A DNA stretch of 49,613 bases from Basidiobolus meristosporus CBS 931.73 (Eukaryota > Fungi > Basidiobolomycota). Both the position numbers and the translations under genes were made by a program. The notes beneath the pieces are model-generated. The model had not been told where the DNA came from. It ran no database searches and saw only the letters and a list, made by a program, of their open reading frames with translations. The stretch is from NCBI GenBank assembly GCA_002104905.1, contig MCFE01000652.1, positions 1 to 49,613 of the forward strand. The letters run 5' to 3'. Below are positions 26,501-40,116 of the stretch, piece after piece (the first letter of the stretch is position 1; every line of letters starts with the position of its first letter).

Positions 26501-28298
26501 CCCTTGAATGGTTGTCTGGCTTGTTTCCCATAAATGCAGGCTTTACAGTACTCTACATTAGCTGGGGGATCAATTTTTACTCCAGAAATTAGCTGATCTT
26601 TGATCATTTTGTGCAAATAATCAAAATTGATGTGCCCAAATCTCCTGTGCCAAAGCATTGGTGTTTCTTCATATAAGTCACTAATATTGGCTTCCAAATA
26701 TGATGGAATATAAGTCAACTTCTGTAGATTCTGATCTCTGATACCCAAAGCAGTATGAGCACCATTTTGATCAGTGATCTTGCATCCCAAATTGTCAAAG
26801 CTGAAATTGAGTCCTTCTGCTGTGGCCTTGCTTACAGATAGTAGGTTCTTGGCTATTTCTGGTACATAGAGTACTTCTTTAAAGGTCAGTGTATGGCTTC
26901 CTTCAATGCTTCTTATGTTTACTTGCATAGTTCCTTCTCTCACTGCATCAAGTATTCTATTGTCACCCATGAAACTTTCTTAATTGTAATTTCTTGATAT
27001 CAGGTAAAAAGTTCTTTTTGGTGTGTAAGTGTTGAGATGCTCCAGGGTCAATATACCACGTCTGAGAATCCTTGTTTGTGGTCATATTTAGTGCAGATAT
27101 GAATAGTCTATCTTCAGTTGTTGCAGCATTTCCATATTCTGGCTTTTTCTGCTGAATATCTTTCTTTTTAAAGCACCGTTCTGATGTGTGTCCTTTCCTT
27201 TTGCAGTAGTTGCAAAACAGGCTGCTGTTGCCTTTGTAGGGCCATGAGTACCTGCTATATTGGCTATCATTGCTTATTAAAGCATTTTCTTCTTCCTTGT
27301 TATTGGTGCTTGATTTTCTTAATTGTTCATCCAGGGGCCTTCCATATATGTAATCTAAGGTCAAATCTTCAGTTCTGGACTCTAGGGCTGATACAAGGCC
27401 TTGAAACTTGTCTGTCAGGCTATTCAGGATGGTAACTATCACATCCTCATCAGTAGTTGGTATATCCACAGATTCCATCTCATCTAACAGCAGGGTAATT
27501 CTGTTAATTAGATTGTTCATTTCTTCTCCTGGCAGCATCATTGTATTAAAGAATTTTTGTCTCAGATGCATTTTCTGAGCAGCTGAAAATGACTGGTAGG
27601 TGTCTTCTAATGCCTTCCAGGCATTCTTTGTTGTTTTTGCTCTTGAGCATTGAATTAGCATTTTGTCTTTCACATTAAGGCAAATGTAGTTGAAGGCACC
27701 TTATTCTTTCTAGGCAATTGCAGTTAAAGGCACTTTGTTCTTTCTTCTGGTACTTTAGGCTTCTTCTCCCACATTTTAGGAGGGCATTCTTCTTCCATGA
27801 CAATATCCCAAAGGCCTCTTTTGTGAAGCAGCATCTTCATTTTCACCATCCACACTTGGTAATTAGATCAATTCAACTTTTCTGCAGAGGGAAAAATTCC
27901 AGTAATAGCAGTAGTCAACATTTCAGAGAGTGACAGCTTGGGGCACATAGCCTGTTGTAAAAGTCTTGGAGATATTGGAAGTCATTGGGAGAATAAGTAG
28001 ATTATGTGGTTTCACTATTGATTTATTGAATGTAAAGTAGTATTTATACTTTTACCTGGTCTTGGCATTACAAACACATAGAATAGGTTAAGGAAGGCTC
28101 CAAGAACATGTGTGCAAAGGTTGGGGCTGTTTGGACAACTTTGAGAATTCTCATGTTCTGGGTATCTGGTATTTTGGTGAAAATGTTCTAAGTAAATCCC
28201 AACAGGGAATTTGGTCAGTATTTTCTAGGATTTGAAGGTAATGATCTAAGTGACTAAGTTAGGTGAATATTTAAGTGGAATTACAAGTTCTTACAACA
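23591..28298 (-). mobile_element. Full-length decayed Ty1/Copia family A element (copy A2)
   Basis: LTRs 23591-23938 and 27953-28298 (roughly 85% alike), PPT after 23938, mutated PBS 27941-27952, gag-PR-INT-RT-RH fragments. TSD GTCCA/GTTCA (one mismatch). Sits inside a Copia-B-like LTR remnant (about 23530-23590 plus 28299-28360). Confidence 0.95.
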
Positions 28299-28364
28299 GT
28301 TCAGAGTTGCCAAGTGGACTTTTGCTGCTGGGTGATACCAAATAGCTTAATAGTTCAACAAATA

Positions 28365-29430
28365 CTAGGTTCTTGGCTCTTTCTGATATAGAACACTTCT
28401 TTGATGGTAACTCTGTTAATTAGTGTACTACTTCTGAGGTTAACATGGCTTGTTCCCTCTCCAACTGCATCCAGTGTTCTGTTGTCACCCATGAAATCCT
28501 TGTAAGATGGAATTTTGTATAATTGGTAAAAAGCACTTCTTAGTGCATAATGTGTTGAGATGCCTCAGATACAATATACTACATCTAAGAATCCTTGTTT
28601 CCATCTTGTCAATGGGCCCCCATAAAAAACAACTTGATCCCACAGGCAAATTCAACCCAGTTCAACAGTCAGGATTTCACTATGAGGCTGTTGCAATGCT
28701 AGTGACTTGGAATTTGTAGCCCACTGTGTAATTGTACAGTAGGGTCCTGATGGTGTTTTACTAATTTTACTTCCAAATAATGTAGTGAACTTGGAGGTGT
28801 TTGAATGGCCTCTTGGTGAATTTATGTGACATTTTTACAGTCTTAATGTGGTCTATATCTATTTGAGCAGACCTAGTTGGCCAATACATGTGATTGCCTT
28901 ATGAAGCAAAAAGATTGATGATGTTTTGACAGCCACTATGGAGACCTCTGTTGGCAATATGTTGGGAGTATGGTTTAGTAGGATAATAACAACACCCACT
29001 AACAGATATGCTCATTCCCTAATTTTCTACTTCCCTATTTTCCCACTACCCTTATTACAACTTATTTCACTTATCTAATGCTGCTCAGCCCTATCCCATA
29101 GGCCTGCCTACCATCACACCTGCTTAGTTTATTGGATAGATTATTCCTCACTTAATGTATGATTACTGGATGGAAGTGCTTCTATAATATGCAGTACCTA
29201 TACACCCTATAAAAATCTTAAACTTAGAACTCAACAGATTTTTATACTGCTGGCATTCTAATGGTAATTTGCTGGTTATCAGCTGCTGTTTTTGGTTCAA
29301 ATTTCTGATGCTATTTTGGATGTAAGTAATGAACAGCTAATTACCAAACTTGGCCTGGATACTAGTTAGCCTAGTCTCCTACTGAAGAGCTTGTTTGCTT
29401 GCCAGCCCAGCTGCTAACAACAGAGATATT
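28365..29430. other. Mosaic of decayed TE fragments (Copia protease region on - at about 28365-28610; CACTA 3' piece at about 28860-28960)
   Basis: Nucleotide similarity to 3290-3520 and to 33335-33410. The remainder is unassigned. Confidence 0.5.
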
Positions 29431-32400
29431 TGCTGCATTTCTAGATAAGTTTCAATGTCTTTGCCATAGGTTTTACTCCTCCATCAGGTAAAATTTTTAC
29501 AGGGTATCCAAACTACACAAGGATCTTGTGGTAGATGAAACTTGCAGCTTCTTGCTCACTGGTTTCAGGTACAGCTTTAGCAGCTTGCTAATTTGTGGCA
29601 TGGTCAATTGCTACTAGTATCCAATAGTTGAGTTTCCTGGTGGTTGGCAGTCTTCCAATAAAGTCAATACCTCATCTCTCAAATGGCCTTACAGGCTCCT
29701 AGGGAAAAAGCTCGAGAATTCTCTTTGGTGGGCCTGGGTTGATTTGGCAATTGGGACATGGTTTCACTAGCTTCTTGATATCTTGTATCATTCTGGGCCA
29801 CCATGCTCTAGCTTTTACAAGACTTTAGGTTCCTTTAGTTCCAAGATGTCCATATTCAGTGTGTAGCTTATATATTAGATTCAGGCAAGCAACATAAGGG
29901 CAATAGGCAATAGGGCTTTCATCAATAATTTGATAGAGTGTTTCATCCTATACTACAGATTTTCTGGCTTCATCCTGGATTATCTTCTTGATCTCTATAT
30001 CTACATCATTAGGAATGGCTTGGTCCTCCAAGTACTTTGGTAATAAGCTAGGCCAATCTAATTCATGTACTAAGCTGAGTTGTGCAACTTGTTCTAGTCT
30101 TGATAAGGCATCAGCAACCATGTTGTATTTCCCAGGGCAGCAGACAATAGACTTGTTCCGTTGGATAGTGCCACATTGAGCCATGACTACCAAATGATGC
30201 CATAGTGTGCCAAGGAGGCCTGGTGAGTCTATATTTGGCCACAGAGTGTGAAACATAGCTCTACATCTGCATGCAAAGCGGCCCCTATGTTTCACTCATT
30301 GTGCTGGAGAAAATCTATTTTTTGACCTTTTTTTTTGGATCAATGTTTTGCAGGATGTGTAAGAGCCCAAAACAATTGAAGACATGCATCTGGTACTCAA
30401 TACCCATATCACTCTGAATCTAGCTCCTGTAGCTTGTATCATGTCACAAAAATGCATGGCACTATCTTGGTCCACTGATACTATAAGGCACTATATATAA
30501 ATATTAGCCCTAAAGTAAGACCTATATAAAGCACTTAGAGTGCCAGATAGTACCAGTGGACCAAGATAGTGCCATGCATTTTTATGACATGATACAAGCC
30601 ACAAGAGCTAGATTCAAAGTGCCCTGGGTATTGAGTATCAGAGGCATGTCTTCAGTCCTTCTGTGCTCTCACACATTCTGAAGAATGTTTATCCACAAAA
30701 ACAGGTCAAAAAATGGACTTTCTCCAGTACAATGGGTGAAACACAGGGGCTGCTTGGCATGAAGATGCAGAGCTATGTTTCACACTCTGTAGCCAAATAT
30801 ATGCTCACTAAGCCTCTCTGGGACACTATTGCATCTTTTGGCACTCATGGCTTAATGTGGCACTGTCCAACAAGACAAGTCTAATCTCCAAATCAAATTG
30901 CTGAGTGTATTCACTTCATTTTATCCATCTTCTGGATAGCACCTTCTGAATAAATATGCACCTGAGTGAGGCATCATCAGTTTTCACATTTCACTTGATT
31001 CCTTCAATATTGCATCTCCAGGTCTTCAAGCAGTGTATTATTGCAAGCATCACTTTCTCATGCACTGGATAGTTTTATTCTACTGAGTTCAATTCTTGGA
31101 TTCAAAAGCAACTGGATAGTCCTTTCCTTCATGTTCTTGGCTTGTCACTTCCCCAATTGCATAGTCTGATGCATCTGTGAGAAGTGTAAACTCTTTTCTG
31201 AAGCCAGGTATTTTTAAGCTTGGCAGCTTGGCAAGTTCATTCTTGAGCATCTGAAAGGCAGTCAAAAAGGCCATATCCTACTTCAAGGTGTTGTCTTTGT
31301 TAAGGATATCAGTTAAATGGGCTGCAATATTTGCAAAACACTTGACAAATTTCTGATAGTAGGAAACCTTTCCAAGGAACCATCTGACTTCTGATATGCT
31401 CTGGGGCTGCTTGAGATTCTTGATGATTTCAACTTTCTTGGGGTCTAAGGTCACTCCTGTGTCAGTCACTAAGTGTGCCAGGTATTCAACATGTTTCTTT
31501 AAGAATTCACACTTTGCTAGCTTGCCATATAGCTTGTCCTCACTTAGCTTCTTTAAGACCATTTCAATGTGTACCTCTTCTGTCTTGCTGTATATCAATA
31601 TGTCATCTTTGTAGATTACCACAAGTTTGTCTGAGTAGTCCTGGAAGATGGTTTGCATCAAGGTCATGAATGTTGTAGGGGCATTGGTGAGGCCAAAACT
31701 CATGAATAAGTAGTTATAGCATCCATATCTGGTCCTCAATGCTGTCTTAGAGATGTCTTCTGGTTTTACCCTAATCTTGTTGTATTGTGACATGTGGTCA
31801 ATCTTGCGGAATATGGTGGTTCCATTGAGTTGGTCCAAAAGCTCATTAATCCAAGGTATGGGGTACTTATTCTTCATGGTAACTGAGTTGAGGGCTCTGA
31901 AGTCAATGCACATTCTAGGTATATAATTCTTTCTTTTCACAAAAAGCACTGGTGCTCCCCAAAGTGACTTGCTGAGTCTGATACATCCTTGCTCCAATAA
32001 CTGATCTATTTGTCTTTTCATTTCTTCCAATTTCAATGGACCCATTCTGTACAGTGTCTTGCTCACTGGAGGGCTATCTCCTGTATAAATGGCATGATAC
32101 ACCTCTCTGACTGGTGATAACCTTGCAAGCTCATCTGGAAGCATGTCTGAATATTCCCACAAGGACTTTGAAATATGCCCTCACTGGTGGCAATCAAAGC
32201 AAAGTTCTTTCTTCTTACATTCTTCTGAGGTGGGATTCTTCTGCATAGCATCTATTCCATTGGCACTGCTTCTGATGGTCTTCTTTCATAGCAATTATAG
32301 CCTCTCTGATTAGTCATTGTAGGCTTCCCAGCTCCAAACATTGCCAAGTTGTAATCAATGGCAACCTTGGTGGCATCTTCATTGTCCTAGGTCTTTGATC

Positions 32401-33070
32401 ATTTGCTTCCTTGCAAGATTTTTCTTTCAGCCTATTAATGAAGTATTCAACTTCATCCAGGAGGTCCATTCTTTCAATTTGTTGAAGTAGACATCTATAC
32501 TCTTGGATGTACTCTTGAACCATTCCATTCTGTCTCAGTGTTTTCAGCTACTTCTTAGTAGTGTCTGCTGGAGGGGTGGCTCCAAGGCATCTTGAATTTG
32601 CACGCAAACTTGCCCTAGATAGAGATAGTAGGGCATCCCATCATTGTGGCTGACCTGATCTTGTTGTAATACCACTGCAAAGCTGCATCTGCCAAGTAAG
32701 AGGCTGCATAATGTAACTTGCTTTCTGGGGCAATTCCTTTAGCCTTGAATGCTTCTTGATCAGAAAGTGCCAGTTCCCAGATTTTCATCAACTCTACCAT
32801 AGTTCCAGTTGACCTTCACACTACAGTTGCTCTTGACAGGGCTTTGCTGGTTCTGGACCATGGTGGTCATTCCTTGTTGCTACTGGCTGAGGATCTGGAG
32901 TAATAGTTCCTGTTTGGCCAGGATATGCTGCATATCATTCATTCACTCATTCTTGATTTACCAACATCTTGAGGGAGGCTTCTTCTTTCTTCAGGAGGGA
33001 GGTTTCTGGTCATTGCTGCTACCAATGTTACAAATCTTGATATAAGAGCAGTAGAGTAATAGGGAGTTTA
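29430..33070 (-). mobile_element. Ty3/Gypsy element (copy G3), decayed, interrupted by a foldback MITE
   Basis: LTR stub 33026-33070, PBS TGGTAGCAGC 33015-33024 (tRNAi-Met 3' end type), gag fragments, RT ORF 31278-32162 (PWGAP-like, MCIDFR, YKDD), RNase H, INT. Left end approximate. Confidence 0.92.
30149..30882. mobile_element. 734-bp foldback/MITE-like non-autonomous DNA transposon with 3-bp TSD AAT
   Basis: Arms 30149-30484 and 30547-30882 are inverted repeats with ends AGACTTGT...ACAAGTCT and a 62-bp spacer. AAT at 30146-30148 and 30883-30885 restores the Gypsy LEIVYCPG coding sequence. Confidence 0.9.
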
Positions 33071-36000
33071 CCCTATGAAAATAATTTGGTCCCATGGGTG
33101 GATCCATTCTGGATCAGCCATCAAGATCCTGTCAGGAGACTGCCATAATACCAGCAGCGTGGAGTTAATGACCATCTACACAGTCTTGTGATGGGATCAC
33201 AATGGCATTTTGCTAATTTTGCAGCCAAACAAAGTTTACAAAACTTAACAGTGCTTGTACAGTGTTTTGCCAAGGGTGGCATTGCATTGTTGCAATCCTA
33301 GTGGGCTTTACAACTATTTCAGTGGATCTAACTAGCCAGTACATCTGATTGCCTTATATGGCAAAAACCTTGAAGGTCTTCTGAAGGCCACTTTGTGAGC
33401 CTCTGATGGAATTACTACAACAGTATGGTGGCCTACAGCTAGTTCTGTATAATGCTACCATACAAATTTACCAACTGATACTTTCTCTTTCTACCTCCTC
33501 TTGCACAATTCATATATTCCACTGTAGAATTACCCCTGTTTACTTGCTTACCCACTACTACCTTGGGTATACAACATATAGTTTGAATCAAAAAATAGTA
33601 TGGCCTCCAGCTTACTCACCTCTGCAAACACGCACACCTGCCACAAATTTTGACATACTTCTATCACCACAACTTAATGACTTTGTAGTGTGATGCTTGC
33701 AAAGCAGCCATATACCTAGAATTGCTGGTAAAATATACATCTTGCAAACATATGCTTGGTTACCACCACTTCTGCAAAGAGTACCTCCTGAATATCTGCA
33801 AAGAACTTTTAAGTATTTAACCAATATATTCCTTCTCCCTGCTGGATACTGGTCCCCCTTATAGGCGCTTTCTGGCTATTGTTTGTTGGAATTCTGTATT
33901 GAATTGTTCAGAAATTGGCTTGTGACCAACAGAAGTCAGACATACCTTAGTAGAGTTTTCCTAATGAAGATTAGATACTTGTTCCACCCAACCAAACTCT
34001 GCATTACTTAACTAATTACCAATGCATTGGGGCTGCTTTGCTTCTTAATGCCATAGGCATAGGTGTCTGCATGAGCACATTTGTCCTCAGTACTTTCCAA
34101 CTCTTCCTGGCTGTCCTCCATGTGCCAACTCACACATCCATAATAAACTTTAAGGTATATCCTTGATGAATTGGGCTATGGAGGTGCCTGCTACTTGGAT
34201 TGTCTTCCTATCTCCCCACACATCCACTCCATAGGAGACTCCCAAAAGGTGAAGCATGGTCCAATACTCTCAATGCACCAAGCAAGGTGGAGTTGCAAAT
34301 GAATATAGTAGTGGCTGAGTTCTATGCACTCAGCTTTATGTTTGTAGTTTAGCCACCCAAATCCCATCCCAAACTCTTTGCACAAAAGCTGTATATGCAT
34401 CAAGCTGGCATTGATGATCTGCTTCTGGATAAATATTCCTACAATGTCCACAAATGACTCCCAATGCTTCCAATGTACTCTTGGTAGGAATGGCTTCAGA
34501 ACACCACTTGAATGAATACATATCCATTTCATCCAGTCATTGCACTTGTATTGTTGCATATGCATATGAATACTGATTGGAGCTTGTGAGAAGTACTTAG
34601 GGTGGCAGATACTCTGAAATATCTTGCCAATTCATTCAAATTTCACCAGTATCTCAATGGGCTCATTGAGCTTGAAATGCCCCATGTACCACTTGGTCAT
34701 CAGTATGGGGATATTGTTGAAAAGCAAATGCATTTCTCCCAGTGGAAAGCTTTTGCTCTAGCAAATATCCTCTATCTGCAGTATCTCCTGTTTCCAATTA
34801 ATTCCATATTTAAATCCATATTTGGGCTAATGGCTAATAGCTTGCCAAGTTTGCTGCAACTGTATGCTAACTTCTCTACATTCTCTCTGCAGGAATATAA
34901 TGTTCTTAGTGTTGGTGTTTAGGTAATAATAATGTGGGTGAGATATGGAGTAAGTCCTCTGGATCTCACACATTTGGCACCAATACTGCCCCTTGTGCCC
35001 AGAGAAGCCAGCTATCTTGCTGATGGCGTCAGTATCACCAATGCAAATAGTAATATGCACTTTTACATGACAGCCATTTACTGTTATCCTGCTGGAAAGC
35101 ATACAAACTTTATCCAGCAATGGATGCAGGTAGCTATCAAGGCTGGATGGAGATTTAGGCCCAGATACCAGTGAGACTTCCATCAGCTTTTGGCTCCAAT
35201 ACTGTAAGATGGGTGGCAGATTTGGGTTGATGAGAATCAGTGGCCAGCAGGATTTGCTGGTAGAGTACTTGTATAATGTGAATCCATCAAGTGCCAAGGC
35301 AAAGGCATGGTCAAACATACCTTCAAGGTAGCCCTTGCTTCTTAGCTGTTTGAGATGTTTGCCATTGAATATATCTGATATGATAATGCTTGATTGATAC
35401 CAAGTGTGGTGCTTTATAGCTTCAAAATATTTATTGGACCACATGAGCCTCCTTATATGGGTTAGCACAGGAATATATCCGGAGTGTGAACAGTGCTTTC
35501 CCCCAATGGTGGTGGATTCCTGGCAAGTTGGACACCTTGCAATGGTGTCATTTTCTGATGTGAGCACCATGCAGCTGTTGACATATTCTGGTATCAGGAT
35601 GTTCTCTGGGATGTATGTTACCAGCCTCATGACAGCTTTCCACTTATACCATGTACATGGTAAGTTGCATCCTAGGATGATTTGGCAAGAAGTAGTTGTA
35701 AGTCCTCAAAGCACCCGTTACTGATATCAGTGGAAATACACCACTTCTTTAGCCACCACATCACGTTATTCACTAGTAGATGAGTTACTGAGCTCACTTG
35801 ACTCCATAGAGTATCCTTGGAATTTTTTTCCACAGGTGTTGTCTCATTACATAATGGGATTTTGCCAGTCTCAGCTCATGCAGAGTACTGTTGTTAGAGA
35901 AGATAGGCTCACAATCCATCAGTGAGCCTGCCACTTCAGAGCTATCACTCTGCACTCCATATTTAGTAGACTGGGGTGAATCTAAAGGCATAACAGACTC

Positions 36001-36690
36001 ACCTGACTCAGTTTGTGCTAGGTGACAAGTATGGCAAGATGCCATTATAGAAGTATCAAGTGTCTGGCAAGATGTTGCTGGTACAGTATTGACTGATTAA
36101 TGGCCAAATCTGACTTGTGTGGCAAAACTCTGGCTTTGATCCTGGTAAGACTTCCTATGCTATCTGCATGCTTCATGGCTTAGAGGCTGGCTACAATAGC
36201 CACATGGTCTTTTTATCTCCTCTTATGGCATTGATCAAAGTAGTATTGTCCATGGGGCAAGCAGTTTGACACTTAACAACATAATGCTATTATATCACTT
36301 TTTTGTCCATACTCATGTGAATTTAAGACAGTCTTGTATTTGAGACATCACACCTACATGATTGTAAGATTCAATGATAGCCTACTATAGAAGGCATTAT
36401 AAAAAAGTTGTGACACCACATACACACATGTATCTAGCACTATTTCCCCTTTGGCTTGATTCACTTCCATATATATGCCACCAAAAAACAAAGCTAAGTT
36501 TTCTGGTTCCCAACTAAATCCTGCCACTGACAGCAACAGAAGAATGGCTGGACAACATCTTGCTCTTACATTCAGTGCAACAAGCAGGGCTACTACCTAA
36601 ATAGGCCCTGTGGACAGTGTGTCCACTGAAGGGAATAATGCAGACTCCTCATACTCTCAGTCAAGTGGGAAATTGAGAATCTCTGCAGTC
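33071..36690 (-). mobile_element. CACTA/EnSpm-like element remnant (Tnp2-like transposase pseudogene)
   Basis: ORF 34827-35630: YVNSCMVLT...CPTC, ALALDGFTLY...SCWPLILINPNLPP, GPKSPSSLDSYLHPL, ICIGDTDAISKIAGFSGHKGQYWCQMC. These match the Transposase_21/Tnp2 pattern. Confidence 0.85.
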
Positions 36691-39600
36691 AAAGCAAGCT
36701 GTTGGCCAGCTGTGCTTTCACTGCTGCCAGAGGTGGAATTTTGTTGGGAACTTGATAACTTTTCTTTATCTTTTGGCAGCACATATATGGAAGTGAGCTC
36801 AACCAATAGGGAAATGGTGTTACTTATATATGTGTATGTGGTGCCACAGCTTTATTTATAATGCTTACTATGGTGGGCTATCATTGAATCTTACATTCAT
36901 ATAGGTGTGATGTCTCAAATATAAGACTTTCTTAAGTTCATATGATTATTGACAAAAAAGTGATATAATAGCATCATGTTGTTGAGTGTCAAACTGTTTG
37001 CCCCATGGACAAGACTACTTTGATCAATGCCATAAGAGAAGAGAAAAAAGACCATGTGGCTATTGTAACAAGCCCCTCAGCCATGATGCATGCAGACAGC
37101 ATAGGAAATAGTACAAGGATCATGGCCAGTGTTTTGACGCCCAAGTCATATTTGACCATTCATTGGTCACTACTGTACCAACATTATCTTGATGGCCACT
37201 TAATACTTCTATAACAGCACCTGGCTGTACTTGTCACCTTGAGCAAACTAAGTCAGGAGAGTTGGTGACATCTTTAGGCTCACCCCAGCCTTCCAAATAT
37301 GATACACAGAGTGATAGCTCTGAAGAAGCAGGCTCACTGACAGATTGTGAGCCTATCTCCCCTAACAACAGTATCCTGCATGAGCCTGGCAAAATCCCAT
37401 CATGCAATGAGACAGCACCTGTGGATAAAAATGCTAATCATACTATATGGAATCTGGTGAGTTCAGTAATCTATCTACTGGTGAGTGATTTGATGTTGTG
37501 GCTTGGGAAGTGGTGCATTTTCACTAATATCAGTAATAGGGGCATTGAGGATTTACTACTACCTCTTGCCAAAATCATCCTGGGATGCAACTCATTATGT
37601 ACATGGTATAAATGGAAAACTGACATGCAGCTGGCATTATATGACCCAGAGAACATCCTGATACAAGCATGTGTTAACAGTTGCATGGCATTCATATCAG
37701 AAGATGCTACCATTGCAAGGTATCTAACTTGCAAGGAATCCACCACCATTAGGGGAAAATATTGCTCACATTCTGGATATATTTTAGTAATACCCCATAT
37801 AAAGAAGCTCATGCAGTCCAACAAATATTGGAAGCTATAAAGCACCACACTCAGTATCAATCAAGCACAAACATATCAGATATATTCAATGGCAAACATT
37901 ACAAAGTGCTTAGAAGCAAGGGCAACTTTGAAGGTATGTATAATCATGCCTTTGCCTTGGCACTTGATGGATTCTCATTAAACAAGTACTTTACCAGCAA
38001 ATCCTGCTGGCCACTGATTCTCATCAACCTGAATCTGCCACTTATCTTACAGTAATGGAGCAGAAAGCTGATGGAAGTCTCACTGGTATCTGGACCTAAA
38101 TCACCAACCAACCTGGATAGCTACCTGTATCCATTACTGGCTGCATTTTGTATGCTTTCCAGCAAGATAATAGTAAATGTTCATCATGTAAAAGTGCATA
38201 TTACTATTTGTATTGGAGATACTGCAGCCATCAGCAAGATAGCTGGCTTTTCCAGGCACAATGGATGGTACTGCAGTCAATGTGTGAGATCCAGTGGACT
38301 TACTCCATAACTCACACACATTATTATTACCCAAACACCAACATTAAGAACATCATCTTTCCACAGAGAGAACATATTGAAGTCAGCATACAACTGCAGC
38401 AAAGTTGGCAAGCTATAAGCCATTGGCCAGAATAAAGAATTAATTGGAAACCGGATATATTTAAGATAGAGGGTATCTATTAGAGCAAAAGCTTTCCACT
38501 GGGAGAAATGCATTTGCTTTTCAACAATATCCCTATACTAATGACCAAGTGGTACACGGGGAATTTCAAGCTCAATGATCCCTTTAAGATACTGGTGAAA
38601 TTTAAATGAATTGGCAAGATATTACAGCGTATCTGCCACCCTAAGTACTTCTCACAGGCCACAATAAACATTCATATGCATATGCAACAATACAAGTTCA
38701 AGGACTGGATGAGCTGGATATGTATTTACTCAAGCAGCCTTCTGTAGCCATTTGTACAAAGCGTACATTGGAAGTATAGGGAGTCATATGTGGACATTGT
38801 AGGAATATTTATCCAGAAGTGGATCACCAATGCCAGCTTGATGCATCAACAGCTCTTGTTCAAAGAGTTTGTGATGGCATTTGGGTGGCTATACTACAAA
38901 TGCAAAGCTGAACACATAGATCTCTGCCACTACTGTATCCATTTGCAACTCATTCTTGCTTGGTGCAATGAGAATAATTGTCTTTGCTTCACCTTTGGGA
39001 GTTTCCTATGTAGCGGATGTGTGGGGATATAGGAAGTCAAGACCAGTAGCAGGTACTACCATATCCCAATCTCATCAAGAATATTACCTTTAAGTCAGTC
39101 ATGGATGTGATGAGTTGACACATGGAGGATAGCCAGGAACAGTTGGAAAATACTGAGGATAGATGTGCACATGGAGACACCTATGCCTATGGCATTAAGA
39201 AGCTAAGCAGCCCCAATGCATGGGTAATCAGTTAAGTAATATCAAACTTAGGTTAGGTGCAACAAGTAGCTAATCTTCATTAGGAAATCTCTACCAAGGT
39301 ATGCCAGATTTCTCTTGGTCACAAGCCAATTTCCACACCATTCAATACAGAACTCACACATACAAGAGCCAGAAAGCACCTATAATGGGAACTTGAATCC
39401 AGCAGGGGAAGGAATATATTTGCTAAATACCACAAAGTTCTTTGCAGATATTCAGGATGTACTCATGGCAGAAGTAGTGGCAACTAAGCATATGTTTGCA
39501 AGATGTATATGCTACCAGCAATACAAGGTGTATGGCAGCTTTGCAAGTATCACACTAAAAAGCTGTAAAGTTGAGGTGATAGTAGTATGTCAATTGCGGC

Positions 39601-40116
39601 AGGTGTGTGTGTTTGTACTGGTTAGTAAGCAGGATGCCATAGTATTTTTTGATTCAAACTGTATGTGGAATACCAAAGTAGTAGTGGGTAAGCAAATAAA
39701 GAGGGGTGATTCTACAGTGGAATATATAAATTGCTCAAGGGGAGGTAGAAAAAGGAAATGCCATCTGATAAATTGGTATGGTAGCATTATACAGAACTGG
39801 CTGCAGGCCACCATACTGCCGTGATAATGCCATCAGAGGCTTGCAAAGAGGCCATCAAAACACCGTCAATTTTTTGCCATATGAGGTAATTGGACAAACT
39901 GGCCAGTTAGATCCACTCAAATAGTTGTAAGGCCCACTACAATTGCAACAATGCCATGCCACCCTTGGCAAAACACCATACAAACACCATTATATTTTAT
40001 CAACTTTATTTGGCTGTAAAGTTAGCAAAATGCTGTTGTCATCCCATCACAAGATTGTGTAGATGGGCATTACTTCCAAGCTGCTGGTAGTATAGCAGTC
40101 TCCTGATGGGATCTTG
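36690..40116 (+). mobile_element. Second CACTA/EnSpm-like remnant, head-to-head with the previous copy
   Basis: ORF fragments 37262-37840, 37762-38055 (ALALDGF...SCWPLILINLNLP), 38071-38310 and 39315-39824. Colinear reverse complement of 33125-36570. Confidence 0.85.

Noticed and set aside
33071-40116. CACTA terminal inverted repeats and TSD
   Set aside because: No CACTA/CACTG termini were found. All copies are truncated by other insertions.
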